A stretch of 64,000 nucleotides of DNA from the human T2T-CHM13v2.0 reference genome, Homo sapiens. Location: NCBI RefSeq assembly GCF_009914755.1, contig NC_060926.1; one strand, given 5' to 3'. Every line of letters starts with the position of its first letter. Positions within the stretch are counted from its first letter, which is position 1. Shown here piece by piece: positions 53,338 to 64,000 of this stretch. The notes below the pieces were generated by a model. It saw only the letters and a list, made by a program, of their open reading frames with translations, searched no databases and was not told the DNA's origin. Position numbers and translations under genes: made by a program.

Positions 53338-54869
53338 TGTTATTATCATTTTTATTCAAATGTATTTATTATTGATCATTATTTTAAGAGATGTTATTTA
53401 CTGAGTATATCTTGTCAAGCTCTACGCTCTGTTTAGTGTTGGAAATGTGAAGAGACTTGCAATGATCAGTGTTCTCAGGGACTTGTATTCTAAGGAAGAG
53501 ATAAACAGTGAATTTAATATAATGCGATCATTGCTGTCATTGGTTACCACACTCTATTAAAGGGTCAGTGTATATAATGTGTATGTGTATTATCCCCATA
53601 GTCTTAAGAGATATCTTCTGTTGACAAATGGGAAACTCAAAAGCTATTCTGTGTAATTCAACAAGAAGATGATGTATATCTTGTAACATTATGGACTGGC
53701 AACAGCTGCAGTCAGAAAGAAGTTACCAACTAAAATCAAACAAAAAATACAAGGGAAAGGATGGTTTGCTTTCATATCTCTAAATCTTCAGGTTTTTATA
53801 TTGTAATTTATAAACATTGTTGAGTATCTACTCTGAGTAGGGCCTTATTATGGGTTGGTCATCTATCAGCGAATAATAAAAGATAAATAAGACCAAATCA
53901 TTACCTTCCAGATATCTAGAACAAGTCTGTGGAGACAAACACATACGTGAGTTATTTAAAATCAAGACAAGACTTGTGACAAGTGCTGTAATAATGCTAA
54001 ATCTGAAGCACGGGCAAACGCTACGTAAGAAGGTTAGGTGCTGGGTACCTAGCTAGAGTTCTAGAAGCAGACAGGTATTTTTGAAAGCTTTAGGAAATGT
54101 TTCCATTGGTAAAATATTAATTCCTTTGCATATTGAGGCTTTGATTTAAATACTGTTAAGTCATGCCAGCCTCTTTATGAGAGCAGACTTTTCAAGTCTG
54201 GAGTGAAACAATAAATATCAGGGACAGCTACAGGCAAGAATACAGGAAGGGACAATAAAACTGACTTCACTAGCCAAGCCTCTAAGTATTTGTAAGGTAG
54301 GATGCTGACCGAACTTTTGATTGGATTGCATCCTGTAATTGTTGCACTCGTGAAATAATTAAATGATGTGTTCTTTGCTTTTATAAAAGGAGGGTGGGTG
54401 CATAGAAGCCTAGAAGCTGTAACTTACGGCTATGTCAAATCAAGATTTATCTGTAGATAAAAAATAGCTGGTTTGGCAACAAGAATTTTTAACTGTTGAA
54501 TCTGATTCTGGATTTAATTAGTTGTTTTTGCTTATAGATTGACGATGTTGACTTGTAACAGTTTGTGATTATGACAATATTGCTTATGTGGGATTTTTCC
54601 TGATATTTTACTTCTTAGAATAGGTTCTGCCTGGCAGAGCACTGTGTGTTTATTGAATTGAAATAAGCCTACCCCAATTCTGTTGCATGTGTAAGGTAAT
54701 ATTGCTCAATTAGTTTTACACCAGGAATTGATTTATTTTCTATATTGTTTTTCGTAAGCTGAATCATAGTTTACAGTTTTGCTTCTGAACATTTGAGGTT
54801 TGTAGCACTCTGCTCCCAACAGTTAAGGAAGGCTGTATAATATTAAACTAATTATGTGTACCATTTGAA

Positions 54870-55090
54870 CCAGGAATTACAAGCTAGTGACCATAGCGCT
54901 GAAGGTAAAGCACATGAGCTTTCCATCACGTGTGCATCCTGCCATACCCACACAGCTTTAAATGTTAAAACATTTGTTACTGATATTTTAAAATCACATG
55001 AAATTTGGATTTCTGGCTTATCTTGAAAATCTAAAGCATCTGGCAATGCTGCACCCAAGTTCCTACATGGCAAATCTCAACTAGAATGAA
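54870..55090. mobile_element. MER102-like hAT-Charlie fragment
   Basis: tcacatgaaatttggatttctggcttatcttgaaaatctaaagcatctggcaatgctgcacccaagttcctacatggcaa. Confidence 0.55.
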
Positions 55091-55423
55091 GAGATTCTAC
55101 AATCCCACTTTACACTGACTGCATTTCTGCCTTCTCTATTTCTTTATGCTTTTCTACTTTACTGCATGGCCACTGCAGAAATTTGGGCCTACATAAAAGC
55201 TATTGAACTCACATTCCAAATCCCAAAATTACCAAACTTAAAAGTTCTCCTTCCTTTCTTTTTATTGGCCAAATATACAGCAACAGTAATAACATAAGTC
55301 CCATTGAAGTCAGATACAATTTAAAGAAATCATTCGGATGTTTTAGCAAGACCCTAGGAGTGGCCATATGTGTTCATGTCTCAGTCAGTTTGTGCTTCTA
55401 TAACAAATTACTGTATACTGGGT

Positions 55424-56007
55424 TGTTGGGAGAAAAGCTGAGTGTTGGGAGAAGCTGAGGCAGGGCTTGCATGTCTGGTATAATGTAAAAGAGTCTTGGA
55501 ACATGTCCGGGGTCCAGGGTCTAAAACCCCTTGTGGCCTTTGGAATGCCAAGCTCTGTGCTAAAGGGTAGAAGGGCTACCCTGACGCACCATAATCTAAG
55601 CCCAGGGCATAAAACCCCTCGTGGCTTGGATAGAATCCAGGGCTCGTGGCTCTGGAATGTGTCTAGACTTGCTGGCTCCTTGCTCTCCCAGGATCGATTG
55701 TATCTTGAGTTAAAAGAACCTGCTCTCCGTTATCTCAAGTAGCACAGCATATGCTAAATCATCACAGCTGTAAATCATGTGCTTAATGCAACACGCCCTT
55801 TCGACCCCCACATTCTCACCACCTGTTTCTTTGTTGGATTACCAATAAATAGCATGGGCTTCCAGAGCTCGGGGCCTTTGCAGCCTCCATACATTAGCGA
55901 TGGCTTCCTGGACCCACTTTCTCTCTCAAACTGTCTTTTCTCATTCCTTTGACTCCGTCAGACTTCATCACCCCCATCACCTGGTGTTGGGTCCGATCAC
56001 CCCAACA
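55424..56007 (+). mobile_element. LTR14B-like (HERV-K14/HML-1) solo LTR, 584 bp
   Basis: tgttgggagaaaagctgagtgttgggaga...gatcaccccaaca; terminal inverted repeat tgttggg/cccaaca; perfect 6-bp TSD ctgggt at 55418-55423 and 56008-56013; sits inside an antisense MLT1/MST fragment (~55376-56070). Confidence 0.88.
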
Positions 56008-57138
56008 CTGGGTGGCCTAAACAATTGAAGTGTATTATTTACAGCTCTGAAGCCTGAGGAGTCTGAAGAAATGAGACTCACAAATATTTAGTAATATATA
56101 TGTTTAATGAAAAATAATAAAATTTCAGAATAGGTGGAAAACAATCATTTTTTGTTTATCTTGAATTTAGATTTGAGTATGTTTGCCAACGTATAAATAC
56201 TTTTGTAGTCAAGAACGTATCTATTATATATCTATTTAAAAATCATTTGATAGATATAAAGATCTTACCAGTAACTTAATGTCACTCAATTATTTTTCAT
56301 TGTCATTGTTGTTAGAATTTAATGAGGTGATATCTTGATGGAATTCTGGTCAGGAAAAGATACTACCTACATTTTAGTTTCACAGAGATGGGAATGGTGA
56401 CAGAGTCAAGAACCCATGATGGGCTTTTTTTCCCCAACAAATTTATAGCCAGAGCAAGGAAAGAAGATTTACAGTCTTTTACTTCCAAGTGAAAACTGTT
56501 TTTTTTTTCTTTTCCTTCTTCAAAGCTATTTGTGTAGGTCAAATTTGAGAACAATAGTTTGGGAGAAAAAATATACCACAAGAAGTTGATATTCTTTAGA
56601 AATTGTACTTTTGTTTTTAAATTTTCCTTTGTTATATTTATCAAGAGCAAAAAGTAGGGTAAGTCAAGTCTTCATCTTCCAACATTGCACCATAGAACGT
56701 TAATGTTAAAATTCTTCTGTGGTTATTATGCAACTTCCCTCTCCCTTTTTCTCCCTCCAGCTGTCTACCAAATCAGTTTTATTAGTAACTTTAACATGTT
56801 TTTGTTAGTTTTTATTTATTAGACTATTATCAGTAATATGTTTATAATGATCATTGTAATATTAATGTTTAATATATTTTTAGAAACCATCGTAAAATTC
56901 TTTTTGGATACTCTTTCAACAGATATTTATTGAACACTTACTCTGTATAAGTCATGTACTTGGCTAGGAGCTAGAATTAAGTAGTTAATAATCTGGATTT
57001 GTTTCTAGAGCATGGTAAAAATCCCAGGACTACGGAATTTCTTAATGTATGAATTTGGACAAATTACTTAAATTCTCTCACCCTCAGTTTCTTTATGTAT
57101 ATAAAGATAGTTTACACTATCTCAAAGTGCAAAAACCC

Positions 57139-58018
57139 TAAATCAGTCAGGGTTCTCTAGAGAATTCATTGATGGGCCATGGCTCACTTTTGATGATTCA
57201 GGTAGGACTTTTATTCGCTGGACCTAGAATGTTGCCACTTAAACAGATGAAGTAAGAATTTAGTTGACTGCTCAACTATTTTATGTCTAGGAACACTGTG
57301 ATCAACTAGCCATAGGTTTCTGCAAATTGGACTATTTTGATTACCGCTTTGACTGTGCTGTCCCTTGTGGTAATCATGCCCGCCATGCCTTTAGCAAATA
57401 AGTGTTGCATCTTAGCCCCTGCCACTTCCAGATCCAATGACTCCCCACTGCATTTAGGTTTCCAATTCTGTGGCAGCAGTCCCCGCTGTATTTTCTGACC
57501 TATAGAAAAGAGTAACTACAGAACTCTTCAAGGATGCTGGGCTTCCCTCACAAATGGATTTCTCACAGTCATGGTTACCATGTGGTTAAAGATGTGCCCT
57601 CTGGCCCCTTTCAGGATAGGCGAGCAGGTCTTAAGTGATAAATGCACTCTAACATTGCAATATCCGTCAGCTTTTGGAGCCATTCCTCTACAGAAGACTG
57701 AGGCACTTACTGGGGCTGGTAGGTCCAGGACAGGTTGGAAATTCTGGCAAGCACTGACATTGCAGTCATGATTCCAAGGGCAGTTGGGAGCACAGCTCCT
57801 TCCTTTTCAGTGAACCTCAACCTTTTCTTTTAAAGTTTTTAACTGATTGGATGAGGCTCTCCCACATTATAAAGGGTCGTCTACTTTAAAAGTCTACTGA
57901 CTTAAATGTTCATTACAACTAAAAATACAAAAACCTCAGCAGCAACATATGGATCAGTATATGACCACATAATGGCACAATAGCCTAGCCAAGTTGACAC
58001 ATAAATTAAACCATCACA
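57139..58018 (-). mobile_element. Collapsed MLT2/HERV-L provirus (partial 5' LTR, gag relic, LTR 3' tip)
   Basis: MLT2 start at 58018 (tgtgatggtttaattt...gtcaacttggctaggc on minus); LTR end ctagagaaccctgactga at ~57141-57160; gag-like sequence in between. Confidence 0.8.
57163..57665 (-). pseudogene. ERV-L gag pseudogene fragment
   Basis: Manual minus-strand translation across frameshifts gives DIAMLECIYHLRPARLS*KGP...VRNPFVREA/PASLKSSVVTLFYRSENTAGTAATEL..NLNAVG, resembling recalled HERV-L Gag (EIGMLEWICHLRP...PASLKSSV). Confidence 0.75.
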
Positions 58019-58029
58019 GGTAAGCCCAA

Positions 58030-58550
58030 AGACTGGCACAGGGTAGCTACGACTGTTGCCCAGAAGGTTCTCTTTTCTCTAGTAATTGAAGCACCATGTC
58101 TTACTCCCACTCTTATGGTTGGATTGCAGTTAATTGACTCTTAGCTCCAAGAATTGACACAGTCACCAGATTTGTCCAGTCCTTGTGCATCCTTGGCCTC
58201 ACTAATTTGTTTAAGATGGGCATATGACCTAGTCAGAGTTAGAATGACAGCGAGGAAAAAAAAACACATTTTTTTTTTTTCTGCTGGGCCTGCTTAGAGA
58301 ATTGAAGGAGGGCTGAGGGCTATTGGCAGACACCTTTATACCTGAAAAGATGAGCCTATCTGAGAATGGACACAACTGACGAAGAATTACAACTGAGAGA
58401 TAGAGTACAAGAAGGTCCTGATAATATTTCCTAACATTTCATGACAGCACAGTTCTCAGTCATCTCAATAATGTCTTAAGCCCTTAAGCCAATATATTAA
58501 TATATGTTTTCAGACTTAGCTAGTGGTATTTATGTCCTAAATAATACTAG
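58030..58550 (+). mobile_element. Old MLT1 (J/K-like) LTR
   Basis: ccttggcctcactaatttgtttaagatgggcatatgacctagtcag; gagcctatctgagaatgga. Confidence 0.5.
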
Positions 58551-58594
58551 CATTAAAATTTCCTTTCACTCCACTGCCAGGGCATTTGGTATCT

Positions 58595-59341
58595 GGTATC
58601 ACATATTAAGGCAGGGCATTGGAGGCAGGAGGAGCAGTTTGCCCAGGATGCATTGTATGTAGAGAATATAAAAACAATAATAACACAGGCTAAATCTCGG
58701 TCTATGTTTTATTATCACCACGGATGGCAATTGTAAATAACGTCAATAATAAACCCTCTTTCCTAAAAATACATTTTGTTGGTCTAACTTGTAAACATTT
58801 GCTCTAGTTACTTGTGAGTTTTAGGAATACATGTGAAACTACCACTAAATCAAGACATGCAGACTTAGATACACATGTTAATTTAAAGGAGAAACTGAAG
58901 AGATTTTCTTTAGAATCAGATTCAGCTGGGTCTGATTTGTAACTGTTCACTCTGGCCACTCTATTTTAGTGTTTTAAATGTTAAGCACAATTAAGACTCC
59001 AGAGTGACAGATTCAAAGTAACTCAAATAATGCTTTTTGTCTTTACAATCACTGTGTTCTCATAGTTTATTTCAAATCTATTGCTTAAATACAGGAATAT
59101 GTTGTTCTGTGTGGGTCGAGGACAAGAATTGTGCTCAATGTAAGTTTTCTGACCCATTACAAATATACCAGGAGGTGTCCAAGTTAACTTTCATGTTATA
59201 TGGAAAGATATGATGCTTACTGAAGGATTTATTACTATAGCTAATTTAACGCTTATTACTGAAAATAATTTTGTGATGTGGAACAGAGGTGTGTTGAAAA
59301 ATGACCTGTCTCAGGTATCAGATATTCTAGTTATAGCACTC
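58595..59341 (+). mobile_element. MER97 (hAT-Tip100)
   Basis: gcattgtatgtagagaatataaaaacaataataa...ttttattatcacca; ends tgttgaaaaatgacctgtctcaggtatcagatattctagttatagcact. Confidence 0.7.
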
Positions 59342-59558
59342 CCGTATGGATCATCCATTTGGCACTTACCACATACTGTTTTATATTGTAATGAATTGTA
59401 AGAGCCCTGAGGACAGGAAGGAGGTTTATGATTGTCATTATCTTTTTGGCTACCCAGGACAAGGTGAGACCTTGTAAGTATAATAGTTGTGTTTGAATAT
59501 GTATGTGAGACTCATGAAAGTGTGTGCTTGGTGAAAGCATTAATATTTAATGAGTATA

Positions 59559-59630
59559 GGGATGCTCTGTCTATGGAGTAGCCATTCTTTCATTCCTCTT
59601 TCTAAATAAACTTGCTTTCACTTAAAAAAA
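59559..59630 (+). mobile_element. Tiny polyadenylated retrocopy of a MER41-type LTR R region
   Basis: gctctgtctatggagtagccattcttt...AATAAA (59605-59610) cttgctttcactt plus A7; TSD aatatttaatgagta at 59542-59556 and 59629-59643. Confidence 0.8.
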
Positions 59631-60180
59631 TATTTAATGAGTACAAATTATGTCCCAGATGCTTTAAAAATTAAAGACAAAACTTAACACTGGCCAGTTT
59701 GGGCACTTAGTCACAGACTACTGGGATAGACAGACAGGTTTGGGCTGTCAACCTATATTGTGCAACTGTCTATGGATGTGTTTAAGTCCCCAGGTGGCTA
59801 GGCTTATAGTAGATGATTCTACCTCTCTGTGGACCAGGGATGGATTCAGAATTCAAGGTGAGAATATCAGATTCCCTTTCTCTAAAGAACTGATATATTC
59901 TTAGGAGACACAGAGGCTGCATCAGATTTTGTCAAGCTGGGAGACAAGAGAAGCTTGGTGAATTAGGCATTCCCCGTTGTCACTATGGCAGTCCAAAACT
60001 GAGCCAATTTTTGGAGAAGCAAAAATTGTAAGCCTATTAGAAACAGATGGCCGACAGCAGAATGGATCAGATATTCTGCAGAGCAGAAGGAAAAGAAAAG
60101 AGCAAGAAAAAAATGTCTCAACTCCTGTGACAGTTGGGCATATTTCACGCACTTGAGATCTGTGCAGTTCTTCTGATTCC

Positions 60181-60236
60181 TAGGTTGGTGGTGCAAAAGT
60201 AATTGCAGTTTTTGCCATTATTTGTCACTGACCTAA
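60181..60236. mobile_element. MADE1 (Hsmar1 MITE), internally deleted
   Basis: taggttggt(ggt)gcaaaagtaattgcagtttttgccatta is the left TIR; the right TIR is reduced to tttgtcactgacctaa|ta. Confidence 0.85.
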
Positions 60237-61379
60237 TAATAAATTCACTTTTACCTCATTCAATGAGACTGGGTTTCTGCTCCTTGCTTAGATCACTTCC
60301 TTATCCTTTCCTGATTCTTTTTGTGTATAGATTTTATTTATCTTTTAGGGGAAAACTGTAAGTTTTATGAGAGTTAGTTCTTGCCTTAGGTTCTTTGTGG
60401 GCTCTGTAGTACTCTGCACTTAGAAGACTCTAAAAAAGGCTTTCAGGATAAATACTAACATGTTACTTATACACTTACTTCTCTTGTGATGAAATTATTT
60501 CTTCACACTGACTGTGCCATGCTTTTAAAATTCACTGGGTAGAGCTTTTCTTTGAAACTCTGGCAAATCTATGAGCACAATTTTTGTACACACATGCATA
60601 CACAGAATATTTTGAATATAATTTTATGAATTTTGCAGAACCCAGGAAAACTAATAATGAACTCTAGTAGCCCAAATTAGAAATCTCAAATCATAACTAC
60701 ATTTCTCTAAACATGTTGACATTAGTATATTGAAAATTCCCTCTATTTAATGAAATCCAATGGCGATTTGATGTGAAGATGAAAAACATCTCCCTAAAAC
60801 ATAAAAATGTTTTTAAGTTTTTCTTCTATAATTCTGATTTTTAAGGTATGTGATCTGATACCATATGATAGAATTCTAAGCATGTGTCAGAGTTAAATTG
60901 TTTATATTTTCTTGGTTATAAAGCCAGCACACCATATGTCTAGTCCAGAGAATGTAGCTATATCAGCTTTTCATATGATGGGGAAAAAATCCACTTATAG
61001 AGAAGGGTTTTTAAATTTAATATCATGTGATTAAACTTCATCCTCACATAGACATCTCAAATTAAGACTGTTTACATGCTCTTTAATTAGATGCAATTAA
61101 GAAGCCCTCTCAAAGCATTTAGGTCCAGAGGGAGCTTTGGCTGCACTGATAGAGTGACTCTTAACATACATTAAGTTGCCTTGGTATTAGTAGAGGAGTT
61201 TCCCTTTGGAAGATGTGACAGGTACACTTATGCTTTTATCACATGAGGAAACAGATGCTGAGAAACTTCATTAGAGAAAGCAGGTTCAAAAGTTCTGTTT
61301 GACAGTTCTGGGCAGCGAGGCCTCTCTGCCCTGCCATTATCCTTCCAGCCCCTTCCTTATTGTATGTAGCAGCCAAAGT

Positions 61380-61955
61380 GATACTGAAGCCAGATTGTGT
61401 TGTTCTCTTGTTCAAACTCCGTCAAGGTCACCCCACCTCGCTGAGAGTAAATCCAGGCTGGGCCCAGGTGCTGTGCAGGATCACGCTGCTCCACCCAGAC
61501 CCACTCCAGCCTTGGCTGCCCTTGCCTTATCTCTATCCTTTAATCTCCTTATTCGGGCTCACTTGACTTCAGACACACGTCTGTTGTCTCCCCTGGATAG
61601 ACCCTCAGCTTCTTCCCTCATCTCTGCTAAGCATTTACTCACATGCCTCCTTTCCTGTGGGTCCTCTGCTTGTTTACCTTCCTTATCCTTTCTAGCCTTC
61701 TTCCTTCCTTGACCAGGTGTTCCCTACCTCACTTCTCTGCTTTTTCTTTTTCTTTTCTTTTTGCTACAGTACTGATTACCATCTGACATATTATATATTT
61801 TATGTAGACGATTTATTCTGTTGTTTTCTGCTAGGATATAAATTCCAAGAGGCCCCAAGTTGTTAGCTGCTTTCTTTCTGTCTCTAGCACCTATAAAACG
61901 ATCCAAAGTAACTGCTCTGTGAAGATTTGTTGAGTGCATAAATTATTAAATGAAT
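61380..61955 (+). mobile_element. L2a 3' end
   Basis: ctcttgttcaaactcc, ccccacctcgctgagagtaaatcc, ttaccatctgacatattatatattt; tail atttgttgagtgcataaat...aatgaatg. Confidence 0.7.
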
Positions 61956-63096
61956 GCAAGAAAGGAGGGGCTTAATGGGACTTTTGTATGAGTAAAATGA
62001 TTCTAATTTTTTGGTTCATTGAAGGTTTATTTTTTAAATAATTTTTTATGTCTTGGGGCTTGATTTTTGTCTATATCTCTTAACCTCAAGGGAAATCCTC
62101 TTTCAGCGTCTACACTGGCCAAATTAACATTAGCTTGTTTTGTTGTGGCAGAAACACTTTAGGCTGAAGTGAAAACATCATAAAATTTGCTAACAATATT
62201 TGCTGTAAACTGGCAAATAAGATCCTTCCGTATGTCCTCACTGTTCACAACGGTGTGAATAAACTTCATGTAGAAGCCAATCTACTTGAAGAAGTGATTA
62301 GAAATCTTGAGCAAGGAGAATGACCTTGGCAAAGAAAATAGGCCTTGGGTCAGTCTTGTTTGTTTTATTTAAAAAAAAAATCTGACTAGTAATTATTAAA
62401 AGCCCAAACGGAAAGTGGGTGAGCTAGAAAGTAAGAGCAAATAAAAAATTCATTTTGTATTTAGCAAGACTCACAAAGCACTTGAGTAAGGAAGGGCTGC
62501 AATATGTTCTGATCTCTAGTGATGGGTTATTCAATCAAGAGAAGAGAGACTCTGCTTTGTTGTTGGGAATTGTTTTGTGTTGGACCAGAAAAAGAGGCAA
62601 AAGATGAACATGCTTTCAGAAACTCCCTTTTTTTTCCCTATAAAAATCACTCTTGGCTAATCCTGTCCCTTCAGTGTGCAATGAGTGTTGGGAAAAAGTT
62701 TGAAGGAATCAGACTTTAACTTTGAACCAAAGCATGTTGTGTACAAAACATATAACATCTTTTTCTTAGAGTCTAAAATATAAGGTAACAGGAATTAGAC
62801 TGTATTCATTGGGATTATTTTGGGTATAATGATTCTGGTTTTATAACACAAAATTTGGAACATGAGGTCTGGCAAGAATATCAGAGGTATGGCTGTGTTC
62901 TGTTACAGATCTGAAATATCAGCCATTCCTCCCACAGGAGCTCTCAGTAGGCTGTCTTTCCTCTACTGGTAGGACAGTCAGGTTGGGTCATTCTGCTGTT
63001 TTGTGAAAGGAAGATGTTAACTTACAGCAATCAGATGTCCCAGGAATTGAAATTTTAGGAGCCAATCTTGCTAAAAACAGAGGGAACTTAGTAGTC

Positions 63097-63198
63097 ATTT
63101 ATTTTGTTGTTTTCTGCTAGGATAAAAATTCCAAGAGGGCACAAGTTATTAGTTGCTTGCTTTCTTTCTATCTGTCTCTAGCACCTATAAAATGATCC
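63097..63198 (+). repeat. Isolated duplicate of 61811-61904
   Basis: ttgttttctgctaggata.aaattccaagagg...tctgtctctagcacctataaaa.gatcc present at both sites. Confidence 0.9.
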
Positions 63199-64000
63199 CT
63201 GGTAACCTCAGGGTAAATCAAACAACCTAGTGAAATTTAATGTAAAATCCAGCGAGAAGAGAGATTTGCTTAGTTTGATTTGGGCTACTGTGATTTATTT
63301 AATTTCTCTGTTCAGTGTTACACACTGGGGATTTGTGAAGCTACTTCACAGTCATAATCTGTTGGTGATTATTCATATAAATGAGTTTATATATCCTACA
63401 AGGACAAGCTTTATATTTGTTTTCTATGAGCAAATATTATCAAAATCACTGGCATATAAAAGAACCTAGATCAGTGGTTAAACTGGCAAGACATTGAATT
63501 AAATTCTCTTTCCATTTCGTAAAATACAAATGACAGATTATTAGACAATTTAAATGAACGTACTGACTTGTCAACATTTCGCTACTCAGGATACGTAACA
63601 ATAAACACACGATGTTCCAAATTTTAAATGAATATGAAAGGAAATAATTCCGTCACTAATGAAACTTTTTGTGTGTGTATGTGTGTGGAATGTTTAGCCT
63701 ATTTGAATCTATTTTCCAAAGTAGTGGTATATTTCATTAAAATATTCAGCATTTGTGTTTAGGTGTTCTCCCAAACTCACACCATACTAGCTTATCTTCT
63801 TGGAGTTGCAGGTAATCATTACTTATTGTTAAATAAATAAATTCTTGTTGATATTTATTTTGGAATTATATAGTTGTCCATATGAGAAACAGCTAGATAG
63901 AAAATTAGCACCTGCAAGTTAAAACATCTGTCCTTGAAACTAGCTTTGAGGCTTATATTTGAAGCCACATTTTCCTTTTTCTGGACTCTAAATATATATG

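Noticed and set aside
61299-61712. Longest ORF (137 aa)
   Set aside because: Mostly L2-derived, C/T-rich sequence with a TTG start.

Overview
This is AT-rich, CpG-depleted primate (human-like) nuclear DNA, not a microbial accessory region. I found no credible protein-coding gene, RNA gene, CpG island or CRISPR array, and the ORF track reflects chance ORFs and ORFs inside repeats. Much of the window is interspersed repeat: 8 Alus (J, S and Y), many old L1M and L2/MIR fragments, MaLR LTRs (MLT1, MST), and ERV LTRs. The ERV elements include complete solo LTR12 and LTR14B with perfect target-site duplications (TSDs), LTR47, LTR33, and a collapsed MLT2/HERV-L provirus that retains a gag relic. DNA-transposon MITEs include MER2, MER5, MER46C, MER81, MER97, MER102/103 and MADE1. 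Nearly all L1s and 7 of 8 Alus are on the minus strand, which suggests an intron of a plus-strand gene. I could not identify that gene. The most notable observations are a ~70-nt L1-mobilised, polyadenylated retrocopy of a MER41-type LTR RNA end with a 15-17 bp TSD, two ~95-bp dispersed local duplications, an intact LTR12 promoter cassette, a splice-competent antisense AluJ and a few candidate exons. I see no evidence of a novel biological system. Repeat family names come from recalled consensus sequences, not a database search, and boundaries of old repeats are approximate.
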